A DNA stretch of 64,000 nucleotides, taken from Candidatus Dormiibacterota bacterium. GTDB taxonomy: Bacteria; Chloroflexota; Dormibacteria; Aeolococcales; Aeolococcaceae. The notes under the pieces were generated by a model. That model saw only the letters and a list, made by a program, of their open reading frames with translations, had not been told where the DNA came from and did no database searches. This document shows, in pieces, positions 29,055 through 38,152 of this stretch. A program made the translations under genes and the position numbers. Location of the stretch: positions 5,226 to 69,225 of the forward strand of contig CAVZQR010000017.1 of assembly GCA_963777445.1 (NCBI GenBank), written 5' to 3'. Position 1 is the first letter of the stretch, and each line of letters starts with the position of its first letter.

Positions 29055-29093
29055 TTCGGGGCGCCATTCGGGGCGCCATTCGGGGCGCCATTC
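29046..29093 (+). repeat. 4 perfect tandem copies of GGGGCGCCATTC, the first copy being the tRNA-Arg 3' end
   Basis: Counted directly: 29046-57, 29058-69, 29070-81, 29082-93. Confidence 0.95.
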
Positions 29094-29126
29094 GTCGGAC
29101 GCGTACTTGGGAAGGCAGCTTTTCGG

Positions 29127-30684
29127 ATGACGGACTCGAAACCATCGGTGCGTGAACGCGCAGCGACGACCGCCCCGTGGTCGGGGATCTCGGCCGGCGT
29201 TGCGATGATCGTCGCGTTCCGCATCCCTGCGTTCGTCGAGCCCCACTGGTATGCCGACGAGAGCACGTACGCCTACGTCGGACGCACCATCTTCAGCGGC
29301 GGCACCCTCTACAGCTCACCGGGAGCCTGGGACAACAAACCGCCGGTGCAGTACTGGATCTACGGGATCGTGACCCACTATCTCGGCTACTCGGAGGCCG
29401 CGATCCACCTGGTTCCCTTCGTGAGCGCCATCGCGGCGGTGATCGCCGTCGGTTGGGGGGTTGCCCGCCTCACCGGTTCGCGCCGGCGGGCCGGCGTCGC
29501 CTGCGTGCTCGCCGCGCTGATCATCGGTCCCCCGATCTTCGACTCCGAGCTCTTCCTTCCCGAGGGAGCGCTGATCGGCCCGATGACCTGGGCGGGCATG
29601 TTGATGCTCGTGCACATCGCCTCGCCGTGGTGGGCGGGATCGCATCGCTGGGCACCCTACGTCGCCGGGGCTCTGGCGTCGATCGCTCTGGGCATGCAGC
29701 AGACGGTCATCGCCGACGTGGTCGCGATCGGCATCATCCTGCTCATCTCGCGGCCGCGAGCGTGGCGCGATCTGCTCCGTTTCTACGGGACCGGGGCGGT
29801 GGTGATGATGCTGTGGTTGCTCCCAACGGTCATCGCATCCGGGGTGGGGACGACATGGTTCGCAACTGTCGCGTTCTACCAGATCTACGCTCACAACTCG
29901 CTTCCCGTGACTGTCCTCGACCGCCCTGCTGCACTTCGCGGGGATTGCCGGAGGCGCGATCGCGATCATCCTCGGGGCGGCACTCGTCGCGCGCCGAACT
30001 CGCAACTGGTTCTGGACGCTCTGGGTGCTCGCGGGCATCGATCTCCTGGTTGCCGGATCCGCTCACTTCCCGTATCCGCACCTCGTCCTGCCGGCGATCC
30101 CCTGGGTCTGCGCCGCCCTCGCCGCGACTCCGTGGAACCCATGGCCCGTGTTCGTCTCGCGCAGCAGTGCGGTGCGGCTCGGCACAGCGCTGCTCGCGAT
30201 CGGCGTCCTGCTCGCTGCTGCGCAGGGCTCGTACGCGGGATCGTACTGGCTCAACGGTCGGAGCCTGTCCGCGTACTACGCCAACGGCTACGCAAGCCTG
30301 GTGAGCAGTTCGGAGCGAACCCTGTGGCAGAACAGCTTCTCGCGCAACATCGTCTACGACCGCGCCATCACCAGCTGGCTCGTCACGCACCACTACGCCA
30401 ATGCGTCGGCGGTTGTCTGGAACGTCTCAGACGAATGGATCTACCTCCTGACCCCACTCAACACGGTGCTGCCGACGGTCGGCCTCTTCAACGATGACGT
30501 GCTCCTGGGGAGTCGCGACGCAGTCGGTCCGTACGTCGCCGAAAAGCGGCCCACCGTCATCGTCATCGATCAGCCAAGCCTGGTCCTTCGTCCGACCGTC
30601 ATCCCGGTGATCGCGCAGGACTACGTGGCCGTGTACCGGATCGGGGTCGACACCGTCTACATCGAGCGCACCCGGGTGCGCTGA
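29127..30684 (+). CDS. GT-C fold (PMT_2/ArnT-like) membrane glycosyltransferase, paralogue 1, with a +1 frame change between about 29911 and 29930
   Basis: N half (frame of 29127): PHWYADESTYAYVG...WDNKPPVQYW, polytopic. C half (frame of ORF 30025..30684, open from 29911) continues the TM helices and the soluble tail. Confidence 0.7.
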
Positions 30685-30694
30685 GGGAACCCGC

Positions 30695-32201
30695 TCAACC
30701 CGAGCCGCCTGACCGAACGTACAGCTCAATCCCATTGGCGTCGATCACCTGTTCATAGCTGTGGGTGCTGATGAACCCACGGATGTCATGCAGGTTCTCA
30801 ATGCCGAGTGGGGTGATCAGTATCAGTTCGGGCGGTGTCGCGTTCATCCTCGCGAGGATCCCGCCGGGACCCTTCTCGAGCGCGAGGGTCACGTAGAGCG
30901 GACCGCTGCGAGTCGGCGGCAGGAGGTTTTCATCGACCAGCGGCCATGCGAGGTTGGTCCAGAGCATCGCCGTGGCGCCGGTGAGGTTGTGGCTGCTGAT
31001 CCATTGCTCGGCCTGCGCCTCGCCATAGTTGACGGTGCCGCCGAAATAGGTGTCGTAGTCCAGCTCGGAGATCGACCCGGAGACGTAGCTGACCGCATTT
31101 GCGTAGTACCCGAAACTCCACACCGTCGTGCGATAACCGGCCATGAAGAGCGACCACCCGGTGGAGGCGACCACCGCAAAGAGAGCGCCCGCCGCGAGCA
31201 CGCGTGGCCGGCGGATGCCATGTGACAGCCGGCCGGGATACCGGGACGCGAGCCCCGTCAACAGCATGACGAGGGGGATCATCACGGGCAGCAGAAAGTG
31301 CTCGTAAGCATATCCCGCGGCGATCGCGGTGAAGAGCAGCGCCGTGCACCAGATTCGCAGCAGCTCGAGCCGCCCGTCCTTCGTGTTGCGGAACCACCAG
31401 GCGACGAGGACCATCGCGATGACGATGGCGATGCGCACGGCGTAGGCCGGGAGTTCGATCGCCGAGCGCGTCGTTGACGTAATCGACGTACGAGGCAACG
31501 AGTGCGTACCAGACATTGTGAGCGCCGGATGTGACCATGAAGGGAACGATCGCCGCCGCCACCGTCATCGTGAACGCTCCCCCGACGATCAGCATCGATC
31601 GCGACCTGCGGCGCACCAGGCACCACAGCATCACCGAGGCGAAGTCCGCGATGGCGGTCTGCTGGATCAGGAAGCCACACGCGAACAGCACGCCGATCAG
31701 CACCAGGATGATGGCGCGGGGCCGGCGCCCAGCAGCGGTGGACGAGCACAGGAACCACACCATCGCCAACGTCACGGGGCCGATGAGCAGGCTCTCGGGG
31801 AGCGCCAGGTTGCCGTCCAGCATCGGCGAACCGATGATCACCGCGATCGCCAGCCCACCCCACAGCGCGGCGCGTTTCGTGAACAGACGCGACATGCCCC
31901 ACGGAGCGGCGATCATGGCGGCAAGCCCGCTCAGGATCGTGAGCGCATGGAGGCCGGCCTCGCTGCTCCCGAAGAGCGCCTCGCTGAGCCCGTAGACGCC
32001 GAACAGCAGCGGCGGTTTGTTGTTCCACGCATTGACGTAGAGGCCGTACCCGGCATGCGTCAGCCACGCGGTCGACGCGTAACCGGCCTCGTCCGAGTAC
32101 CACTGCGGTTCGATGAGTGACGGGAGGCGCAGCAGCAGATACAGCGCTACCGGCAGGACGATGTGCAGGTTGCGCTTCATCCGTGCCGGGACCTCGGACA
32201 T
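30695..32201 (-). CDS. GT-C fold (PMT_2/ArnT-like) membrane glycosyltransferase, paralogue 2, with a +1 frame change near 31450-31470
   Basis: N half from ATG 32201: PQWYSDEAGYASTA...WNNKPPLLFG. C half is the frame of ORF 30695..31516. Homologous to paralogue 1 over both halves. Confidence 0.7.
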
Positions 32202-32354
32202 CGTGTTCTCGTCCTGCGCGTTGGAGTGTCCGCGCGCCGGGCGCGCCGGGAGCGCATATTGTGAAGAAATCATGGTGCCACGCGTCAATCGATCCCCAGG
32301 GGCGGCGTCAGCGCAGGTACCTCGATCCGGTGACATCCCGTAGCATCGCCAGGC

Positions 32355-33026
32355 GTGAGCCAAACGCCGGTCTCGACCCGCCTCCACCTGGTTCGCCATT
32401 GCGACGTCCGCAACCCTGACGGTGTGCTCTACGGTCACCTGCCTGACTTTCCGCTGAGCGAGAAGGGCGTCGAGCAGGCGCACGCGCTCGGCCGGTACTT
32501 CGCGCGCAGCACGGCCCGCCAGATCTACTCGAGTCCACTCGAGCGCGCCCGGCAAACGGCGGAGATCATCGCGTCCTATCTCGACTCGGTGCCGATCACC
32601 TACACGGAGGACCTGATCGAGACGCGTTTCGGCCTGTATCTCCAGGGCGTCCCCCCCAAGCAGGTGCCGTGGCGGCGCCCGCTCTGGCTGATCCACATGG
32701 TGTTGCCGGGCGTCCTCCGCAACGACGAGTCGGTGGCGGGACTGGCCACCCGGGTGCGCAGGCCGCTCATGCGGTTGCTCGCGGAGCATCCCGGTGATGG
32801 CGGTATCTGCGTCAGCCACGGTGATCCGATCCAGGGATTCTGGGTCACCGCCGAGCACCGGCCACGTTACGCACTGCACCGGCTCCAGTGCGCCAAAGGC
32901 GGGCTCCTCGAGCTCGACTACGAGGGTGAGGCGCTGCGCCGCCTGAGTTACATCTCCCCGGCTCGGATCGCCGAGCTTGCGCCGGCAGCGGGTCAGACCG
33001 ACGCAGGTTCTCGATCGGGCGTCTGA
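32355..33026 (+). CDS. histidine phosphatase (phosphoglycerate mutase-like) family protein
   Basis: LHLVRHCDV...SSPLERARQTA...VSHGDPI. TAGCAT hexamer 8 nt upstream of GTG 32355. Confidence 0.8.
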   Translation: MSQTPVSTRLHLVRHCDVRNPDGVLYGHLPDFPLSEKGVEQAHALGRYFARSTARQIYSSPLERARQTAEIIASYLDSVPITYTEDLIETRFGLYLQGVPPKQVPWRRPLWLIHMVLPGVLRNDESVAGLATRVRRPLMRLLAEHPGDGGICVSHGDPIQGFWVTAEHRPRYALHRLQCAKGGLLELDYEGEALRRLSYISPARIAELAPAAGQTDAGSRSGV

Positions 33027-34414
33027 GGCTCACCACTCGCATCGGACGACCAGCGGGGATCGAGCGTGATCGGCTGGCGCCGCTTGCGCTGACGGCGCTC
33101 GAGCAGGGGTCGCAGGTAGAGCTTGGTGAGCAGCCCCGTCATGATCAGGATGAACGAGGTGTACACGAGCAGCACACCCTGGTCGTCATTGACCTGGAAC
33201 AGCGAGTACTGGGTCACGGAGGGGAAGGAGATCGAGAAGTCGACTGCTTTTCCGTTCCTGGTGTCGATCGGGAGTTGTAGCGTCTGACCGAGGAGGATCG
33301 GGATCACCTGCGCATTCGTGAAATACGGCGTCATCCCGGTCGTGTTGAGTTGGTTCACGTTCTGCGGCGCACCGTTGTTGAGACCGAGGTTGCCGACGTA
33401 CAGCTGCATCTCGATCACGGGGTTGCGCGGCGCCACGCCACCCGGGCCGTACCCGGTGGCCGTCGGGTTGATGGATCCGTTGCTGCCGATCGACGGGATC
33501 ACCGTCGCGTCCGGGTAGAAGGACATCTTGGCGCCGATCTGCACGGCCGCCGACGCCCCCGGGATGGTGTAGTTGAAGTCGGGGACCTTCAGGACCCCGT
33601 CCGCGAGGGATTTGTTGCCGATGTTGCTCGAGTTGTCGAAGAACTGGATGGCACCCTCGTACACGGTCTGGCCCGCGGGGTTCTTGACGACGATCGTCGG
33701 CGCCCAGCCGTAGTCCTGCTGATACACGTTGACCCCGTCGACGCTGAGGAAATCGTTGACCAGGATGTCCTTGGTCGCCACCGTCTTCCCGTGGTCGAGG
33801 ACGGTGACATTGCTCACGTAGTTACTCGCCTCACCGTTGGATGCGTATGTCGCCTCGAAGCGGTTGAGGCGCAGCGTGAAGGGCGCGTAGTTCCCGTTGA
33901 AGAGCAGCCCCTGCTGCAGGGTGTCGTAACCGGCCGGCGTGTTCGTGAAGCTCTGACCCTGGGTGAGCGTCACGAGGCCCTGGTACCCGGTCGCCTTCCC
34001 CCAGACGACGGCGATCAGGAGGAGGAAGAACGAGCTGTGAAACAGCCACGATCCCCACTCGCCCCAGTACTGCGGCGTGCGCTTGTACCCGCGCGCGGTC
34101 CGCATGATGAGCGCCCGGCCGCGGCGGATCACGCACCAGCCCAGCGACACGTAGAGCAGGCCGAGCAGCACGTAGAAGACGGGCGATACGAACACCTGGG
34201 TGAGCGGGAGCTGGAGATCCGCGAACAGCACGTTCAGGTTCGGCCACGCGGTGAGGAACGCCTCGACCTTGCCCGGATCCGACGTGTTCTGCTGGGGGAC
34301 GAAGGAGCCGATGAGGACGATGATCAGGATGCCGAGGAGCAGGAAGATCGCGGTCCGCATCCGCGTGTACTCGTGCCAGTACCTCCCGGCCTTCTCCCTG
34401 ACCTTCCCCCTCAC
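32993..34414 (-). CDS. resB: cytochrome c biogenesis protein ResB/Ccs1 family
   Basis: N-terminal TM RTAIFLLLGILIIVLIGSFVPQQ, large Asn/Thr/Gln-rich extracytoplasmic domain, C-terminal TM. GTGA overlap with the upstream gene. Confidence 0.75.
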   Translation of the reverse strand: MRGKVREKAGRYWHEYTRMRTAIFLLLGILIIVLIGSFVPQQNTSDPGKVEAFLTAWPNLNVLFADLQLPLTQVFVSPVFYVLLGLLYVSLGWCVIRRGRALIMRTARGYKRTPQYWGEWGSWLFHSSFFLLLIAVVWGKATGYQGLVTLTQGQSFTNTPAGYDTLQQGLLFNGNYAPFTLRLNRFEATYASNGEASNYVSNVTVLDHGKTVATKDILVNDFLSVDGVNVYQQDYGWAPTIVVKNPAGQTVYEGAIQFFDNSSNIGNKSLADGVLKVPDFNYTIPGASAAVQIGAKMSFYPDATVIPSIGSNGSINPTATGYGPGGVAPRNPVIEMQLYVGNLGLNNGAPQNVNQLNTTGMTPYFTNAQVIPILLGQTLQLPIDTRNGKAVDFSISFPSVTQYSLFQVNDDQGVLLVYTSFILIMTGLLTKLYLRPLLERRQRKRRQPITLDPRWSSDASGEPQTPDREPASV

Positions 34415-35067
34415 CGCAAAGCGCCTGAGCGCAGTAAGCCTTTCGGATCGAAGGCGCCGGCCAGACCCGGCTGCCAGCTCGAGGTTCCCGGGGGTTTGGA
34501 GGTTGCCGTGCGCGCCGCGGCCGGCTCGAGGCGGAAGGTGACCGCCGCGATCACCGCCAGCCGGCCCGCGCTGCCCAGCAGCGCGGCGATCAGGTCGTAA
34601 CCGACGACGTCCTTGAGCGCCGAGCCGCCCGCCTTGACCGCTTCCCCTGTCGAGAGGACCGCCTCCACGCCCGCCAGCGAGCGCCGCGGCACTTCGCCGC
34701 GAGCCACCAGCGTGCCGACCCGCGCCGACCCGGTCTCGGCGTCGAGCCCGACCACCGCCAGCCTGTCCCCGGCCACCGAGGAGCGAACCTGCGCAACCGT
34801 CGCGCCTGCGCCGGCCCGGACGGTGAGGCCGGCGGCCGCGACCTGGATCTCGGCAAGCCGATGGACGCTGAGAATGATCCCGCCGCGCTCGGGCGCGCCG
34901 CCCGGTGCCGACGGGGCGCCGCTGGTCACGCTGATCGGGACTCCGTGCTCGTTGCAGAAGTTCGCGACCACGATGAGTGCATGCGCGTCGGCCGGGCTCA
35001 CCACATCGCCCGTGACCCCATCGGGGCTCACGATCTCGACAAACCCCTTGAGCAGTTCGTCGTTCAC
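34411..35067 (-). CDS. small FAD-binding (PCMH/GlcE-like) domain protein
   Basis: 218 aa from GTG 35067, which overlaps the nuoN stop as GTGA. SGAPSAPGGAPERGGIILS...AGAGATV...VKNVVGYDL-like ALKDVVGYDL. Confidence 0.65.
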   Translation of the reverse strand: MNDELLKGFVEIVSPDGVTGDVVSPADAHALIVVANFCNEHGVPISVTSGAPSAPGGAPERGGIILSVHRLAEIQVAAAGLTVRAGAGATVAQVRSSVAGDRLAVVGLDAETGSARVGTLVARGEVPRRSLAGVEAVLSTGEAVKAGGSALKDVVGYDLIAALLGSAGRLAVIAAVTFRLEPAAARTATSKPPGTSSWQPGLAGAFDPKGLLRSGALR

Positions 35068-36605
35068 ACGATCAACCCTTTCAGCGAGGCGCTCGCCGCC
35101 GTGTAGACGAGCACGATCATGACTCCGAGGATGAGGGTCCCGGCTGTGGTGGCGACCAGCACCGCGCTGCCGGAGAAACCCGTGCGCGACCAGCGGTATT
35201 CGTCCGCGCCGACCGCCGGACGCTGGTACATGAGCAGGCCGACGCGCAGGTAGTAGAAGGCGGAGACCGCGCTGGTTGCGATGCCCCAGAGCGCGAGCGG
35301 TACCTGTCCGGCGTTGATGGCCGCGGTGAACACGAGAAACTTGCCGAAGAAGCCCGCGGTCGGCGGGAACCCACCGAGCGAGAAGAGAAAGAGCGCCATG
35401 CTGGCCGCCACGAACGGCCGGCGATGCGCGAGCCCGCGCAACCCGTCGTAGCTGTCGAGGTCCTCCCCGCGGCCGGCCATGATGGTGATGACCGCGAACG
35501 CGCCGATGTTGGTCACCGCGTACGCGGCCAGGTAGTACAGAACTCCGATCGTCCCGAACGAGCTGGTCTGCCCCGACGGCAGCAGCACCGGGCCGACCGC
35601 GACACCGATGAGGATGTATCCGGCCTGCGCGATGCCCGAGTAGGCGAGCATGCGCTTGACGCTCGTCTGCGTGAGTGCGGCGATGTTGCCGACCACCATC
35701 GAGGTGATCGCCACCAGCGCGACCACCGGCTCCCAGTGCTGGTAGAAATGGGTTCCCCCGCCGTCGAACGTGTACGTGAAAACCCGGACGAGGGCGGCGA
35801 ACGCGGCGACCTTGGTGGTCACGCTCATGAATGTCGTGACCGACGTCGGCGCCCCCTGGTACACGTCGGGAGTCCAGGAGTGGAATGGAGCCGCCGACAC
35901 CTTGAACGCGAAGCCGATGAAGAGCAGCAGCACGCCCGCAAGCAGGAGCGGATCGACCGTCATCGTGGTCTGACCCTGGATGGCCGCGGCGATCTGTGCG
36001 AGCTGCGTGTGGCCCGTCTCGCCGTAGATCAGCGCCATGCCGAAGAGCAGGAAGCCCGACGCGAAGCCGCCGAGCAGCAGGTACTTGAGCGCCGCTTCCT
36101 GCGAGCGTTCCTCGTGCCGCGAGAAGCCGCTGAGCACGTAGAGCGCCAGGGAGAGCAATTCGATCGCCAGGAAGATGACCATCAGACTCGTCGCCCCTGC
36201 GAGGAGCATCATCCCGAGGGTCGCGGCGACGATCAGCGCGTAGTACTCGCCGTAGTGGATGCCGCGTCGGTTCAGGTAGTTCGGGCTGATCATCACCACG
36301 AGCCCGGCGCTCACCAGGAGGATCGCGTCGACGAACAGCGCGAAGCGGTCGTACGCGAAGGAGCCGGAGTACACCAGGCGCCCAGGGTTCGCGTCGAACC
36401 ACGCCCAGATCGTCACAGCGAACGCGGCCGCGATGCCGAGCAACGCGAACCCCGCGAGCCAGCTCCGCCTCGACGCCGGAATCACCAGGTCGAGGAGCAT
36501 CAGCAGGAGGAACGCACCGCCGAGGACGAGTTCGGGAAGAATGCCGACGAGGTCGCGTCCGCCGGGAAACGTCAGCGGAACCGGGGATGCCGCGATCAGC
36601 ATCAC
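35064..36605 (-). CDS. nuoN: NADH-quinone oxidoreductase subunit N
   Basis: 513-aa polytopic antiporter-like subunit, last in nuo order. GTGA overlap with nuoM. Confidence 0.9.
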   Translation of the reverse strand: MMLIAASPVPLTFPGGRDLVGILPELVLGGAFLLLMLLDLVIPASRRSWLAGFALLGIAAAFAVTIWAWFDANPGRLVYSGSFAYDRFALFVDAILLVSAGLVVMISPNYLNRRGIHYGEYYALIVAATLGMMLLAGATSLMVIFLAIELLSLALYVLSGFSRHEERSQEAALKYLLLGGFASGFLLFGMALIYGETGHTQLAQIAAAIQGQTTMTVDPLLLAGVLLLFIGFAFKVSAAPFHSWTPDVYQGAPTSVTTFMSVTTKVAAFAALVRVFTYTFDGGGTHFYQHWEPVVALVAITSMVVGNIAALTQTSVKRMLAYSGIAQAGYILIGVAVGPVLLPSGQTSSFGTIGVLYYLAAYAVTNIGAFAVITIMAGRGEDLDSYDGLRGLAHRRPFVAASMALFLFSLGGFPPTAGFFGKFLVFTAAINAGQVPLALWGIATSAVSAFYYLRVGLLMYQRPAVGADEYRWSRTGFSGSAVLVATTAGTLILGVMIVLVYTAASASLKGLIV

Positions 36606-38152
36606 TGCGTTCCCGGGTTGGATGCGGCCGGCTGTATCAGGCTCACATAGGTGCTCACCGATCGCGTGGAGACGTCGGTGATCGGCTTCGGATACAGTCC
36701 GATGAAGATCATCATCGCGACGAGCGGCACCAGCAACAGCCCCTCACCGAGGCGCAGGTCGTGCACTCCCTCGGTCCGCGGCTTGGGAGGGTCGTGCATC
36801 AGCCCCTGGTGGAGGCGAAGCATGTACCACGCAGCCAGCACGACGCCTCCGCCGGCGAGCACCGCGTAGACCCAGTTGAGCTGGAACGCTCCCAGCATGA
36901 TCGTGAACTCACCGACGAAGCTGTTCATGCCGGGCATGCCGAGTCCGGCGAGGGTCGCGACCAGGAAGAAGAAGTACAGCCACGGCATTCGGCGTTCGAG
37001 ACCCGACAGCTCACCGAGATCGCGCGTCCCGGTGCGCGCCTCGACATAGCCGACGATGAGAAACAGCGCGCTGATGATGATCCCGTGGTTGATGATCTGG
37101 ATCACCGCGCCGTTGATCCCGTTGTCGGTGAGCGAGAAGATGCCCAGCGCGATGAACCCGAGGTGGCTGATGCTCGCGTATGCGACGATCCGTTTGAGAT
37201 CGCGCTCCGAGAGTGCCATCAACGCTCCGTAGATGATGCTGAGCACGGCGAATGCGGCCAGCACGAACCGGTACTTCTCCATCTCCCCGGGGAAGAGCGT
37301 CAATGCGAAGCGGATGAAGCCGTAGGCACCGAGCTTGCTGACCACGCCCGCAAAGAACACCAGGACTGCGGGCGGGCACGCCTCGTAGAGGTCGGGGAGC
37401 CACGTGTGCAGTGGAACGATCGGGATCTTGATCGCGAACGCGAGCGCGAAGCAGATGAATGCCAGCTCCTTGGGCGTGAAGGTGGTCACGTGGATGATCG
37501 GAATGACAAACGCGCTCCCCGAGCTGATCGGCTGCGCGAGGATGCTCTCGAGGTCGAACGATCCCGATGGCGACTGGATGTAGAGATAGATGATCGCCAC
37601 CAGCATCAGCAGACTGCCGGCGACGGTGTACACGATGAACTTGAGGGTCGCCGGGCCTCGCTTGTCACCCCCCCAGTTGCTGAGCAGGACGTAGAGAGGA
37701 ACCAGCATCCCCTCCCAGAACATGTAGAAGAGCAGCAGGTCGATCGACAGCAGGACGCCGGTGGTGGCGGCCTCGGTCAGCAGCACCAGGGTGCAGTAGA
37801 AGCGCAGACGGTCGGTCGTCTTGCGCGAGATCGCGAGCGCCCCAAGCAGGAACACGCCCGCGTTGAGCGCGAGCAACCAGGCGGAGATGCCGTCGATCCC
37901 GAGGTGATAGGTGGCGTTGAGGGCCGGCAACCAGGCGTGGGTCTCCTCAAAATGCAGGGGCAGCGGTCCGTTGGTCGCCTTGTTGCCGGGCATCCAGAGC
38001 AGGAGCAGCGTGACGATCACCGCCCCGGCGAGCGTCGCGAAGATCGTGAGCCCCTTCACCACCGCTGTGAGGCGGCGCGGGACGAGTTGGAGCAGGATCG
38101 CCGCCCCGGCGGGAATGACGATCAGCAGCGTGAGCCAGGGGATGTGATTCAC
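36602..38152 (-). CDS. nuoM: NADH-quinone oxidoreductase subunit M
   Basis: Antiporter-like subunit. GTG 38152 overlaps the nuoL stop as GTGA; alternative GTG 38170. Confidence 0.9.
   Translation of the reverse strand: MNHIPWLTLLIVIPAGAAILLQLVPRRLTAVVKGLTIFATLAGAVIVTLLLLWMPGNKATNGPLPLHFEETHAWLPALNATYHLGIDGISAWLLALNAGVFLLGALAISRKTTDRLRFYCTLVLLTEAATTGVLLSIDLLLFYMFWEGMLVPLYVLLSNWGGDKRGPATLKFIVYTVAGSLLMLVAIIYLYIQSPSGSFDLESILAQPISSGSAFVIPIIHVTTFTPKELAFICFALAFAIKIPIVPLHTWLPDLYEACPPAVLVFFAGVVSKLGAYGFIRFALTLFPGEMEKYRFVLAAFAVLSIIYGALMALSERDLKRIVAYASISHLGFIALGIFSLTDNGINGAVIQIINHGIIISALFLIVGYVEARTGTRDLGELSGLERRMPWLYFFFLVATLAGLGMPGMNSFVGEFTIMLGAFQLNWVYAVLAGGGVVLAAWYMLRLHQGLMHDPPKPRTEGVHDLRLGEGLLLVPLVAMMIFIGLYPKPITDVSTRSVSTYVSLIQPAASNPGTQ

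Noticed and set aside
29046-29093. Short perfect repeats, considered as a possible CRISPR array.
   Set aside because: The 12-nt units are strictly tandem with no spacers, they start inside a tRNA gene, and no cas genes are present.
29904-29910. CCC-G followed by TGA in paralogue 1, considered as a prfB-like programmed +1 frameshift site.
   Set aside because: A +1 slip on this CCC would place the ribosome directly on the TGA in the new frame. The motif is also not shared in a usable register with paralogue 2.
28816-32201. Genomic island integrated at the tRNA-Arg/tRNA-His locus.
   Set aside because: No integrase, transposase, phage or plasmid genes are present, and no second copy of the tRNA 3' end was found within the window. 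Only the local 12-nt repeat hints at past events.
32233-32250. Tandem CGCGCCGGG CGCGCCGGG in the divergent region between GT-C paralogue 2 and the phosphatase gene, considered as an operator.
   Set aside because: It has only two copies of a GC-only 9-mer, which is easily produced by chance or slippage in GC-rich DNA. There is no associated regulator gene.
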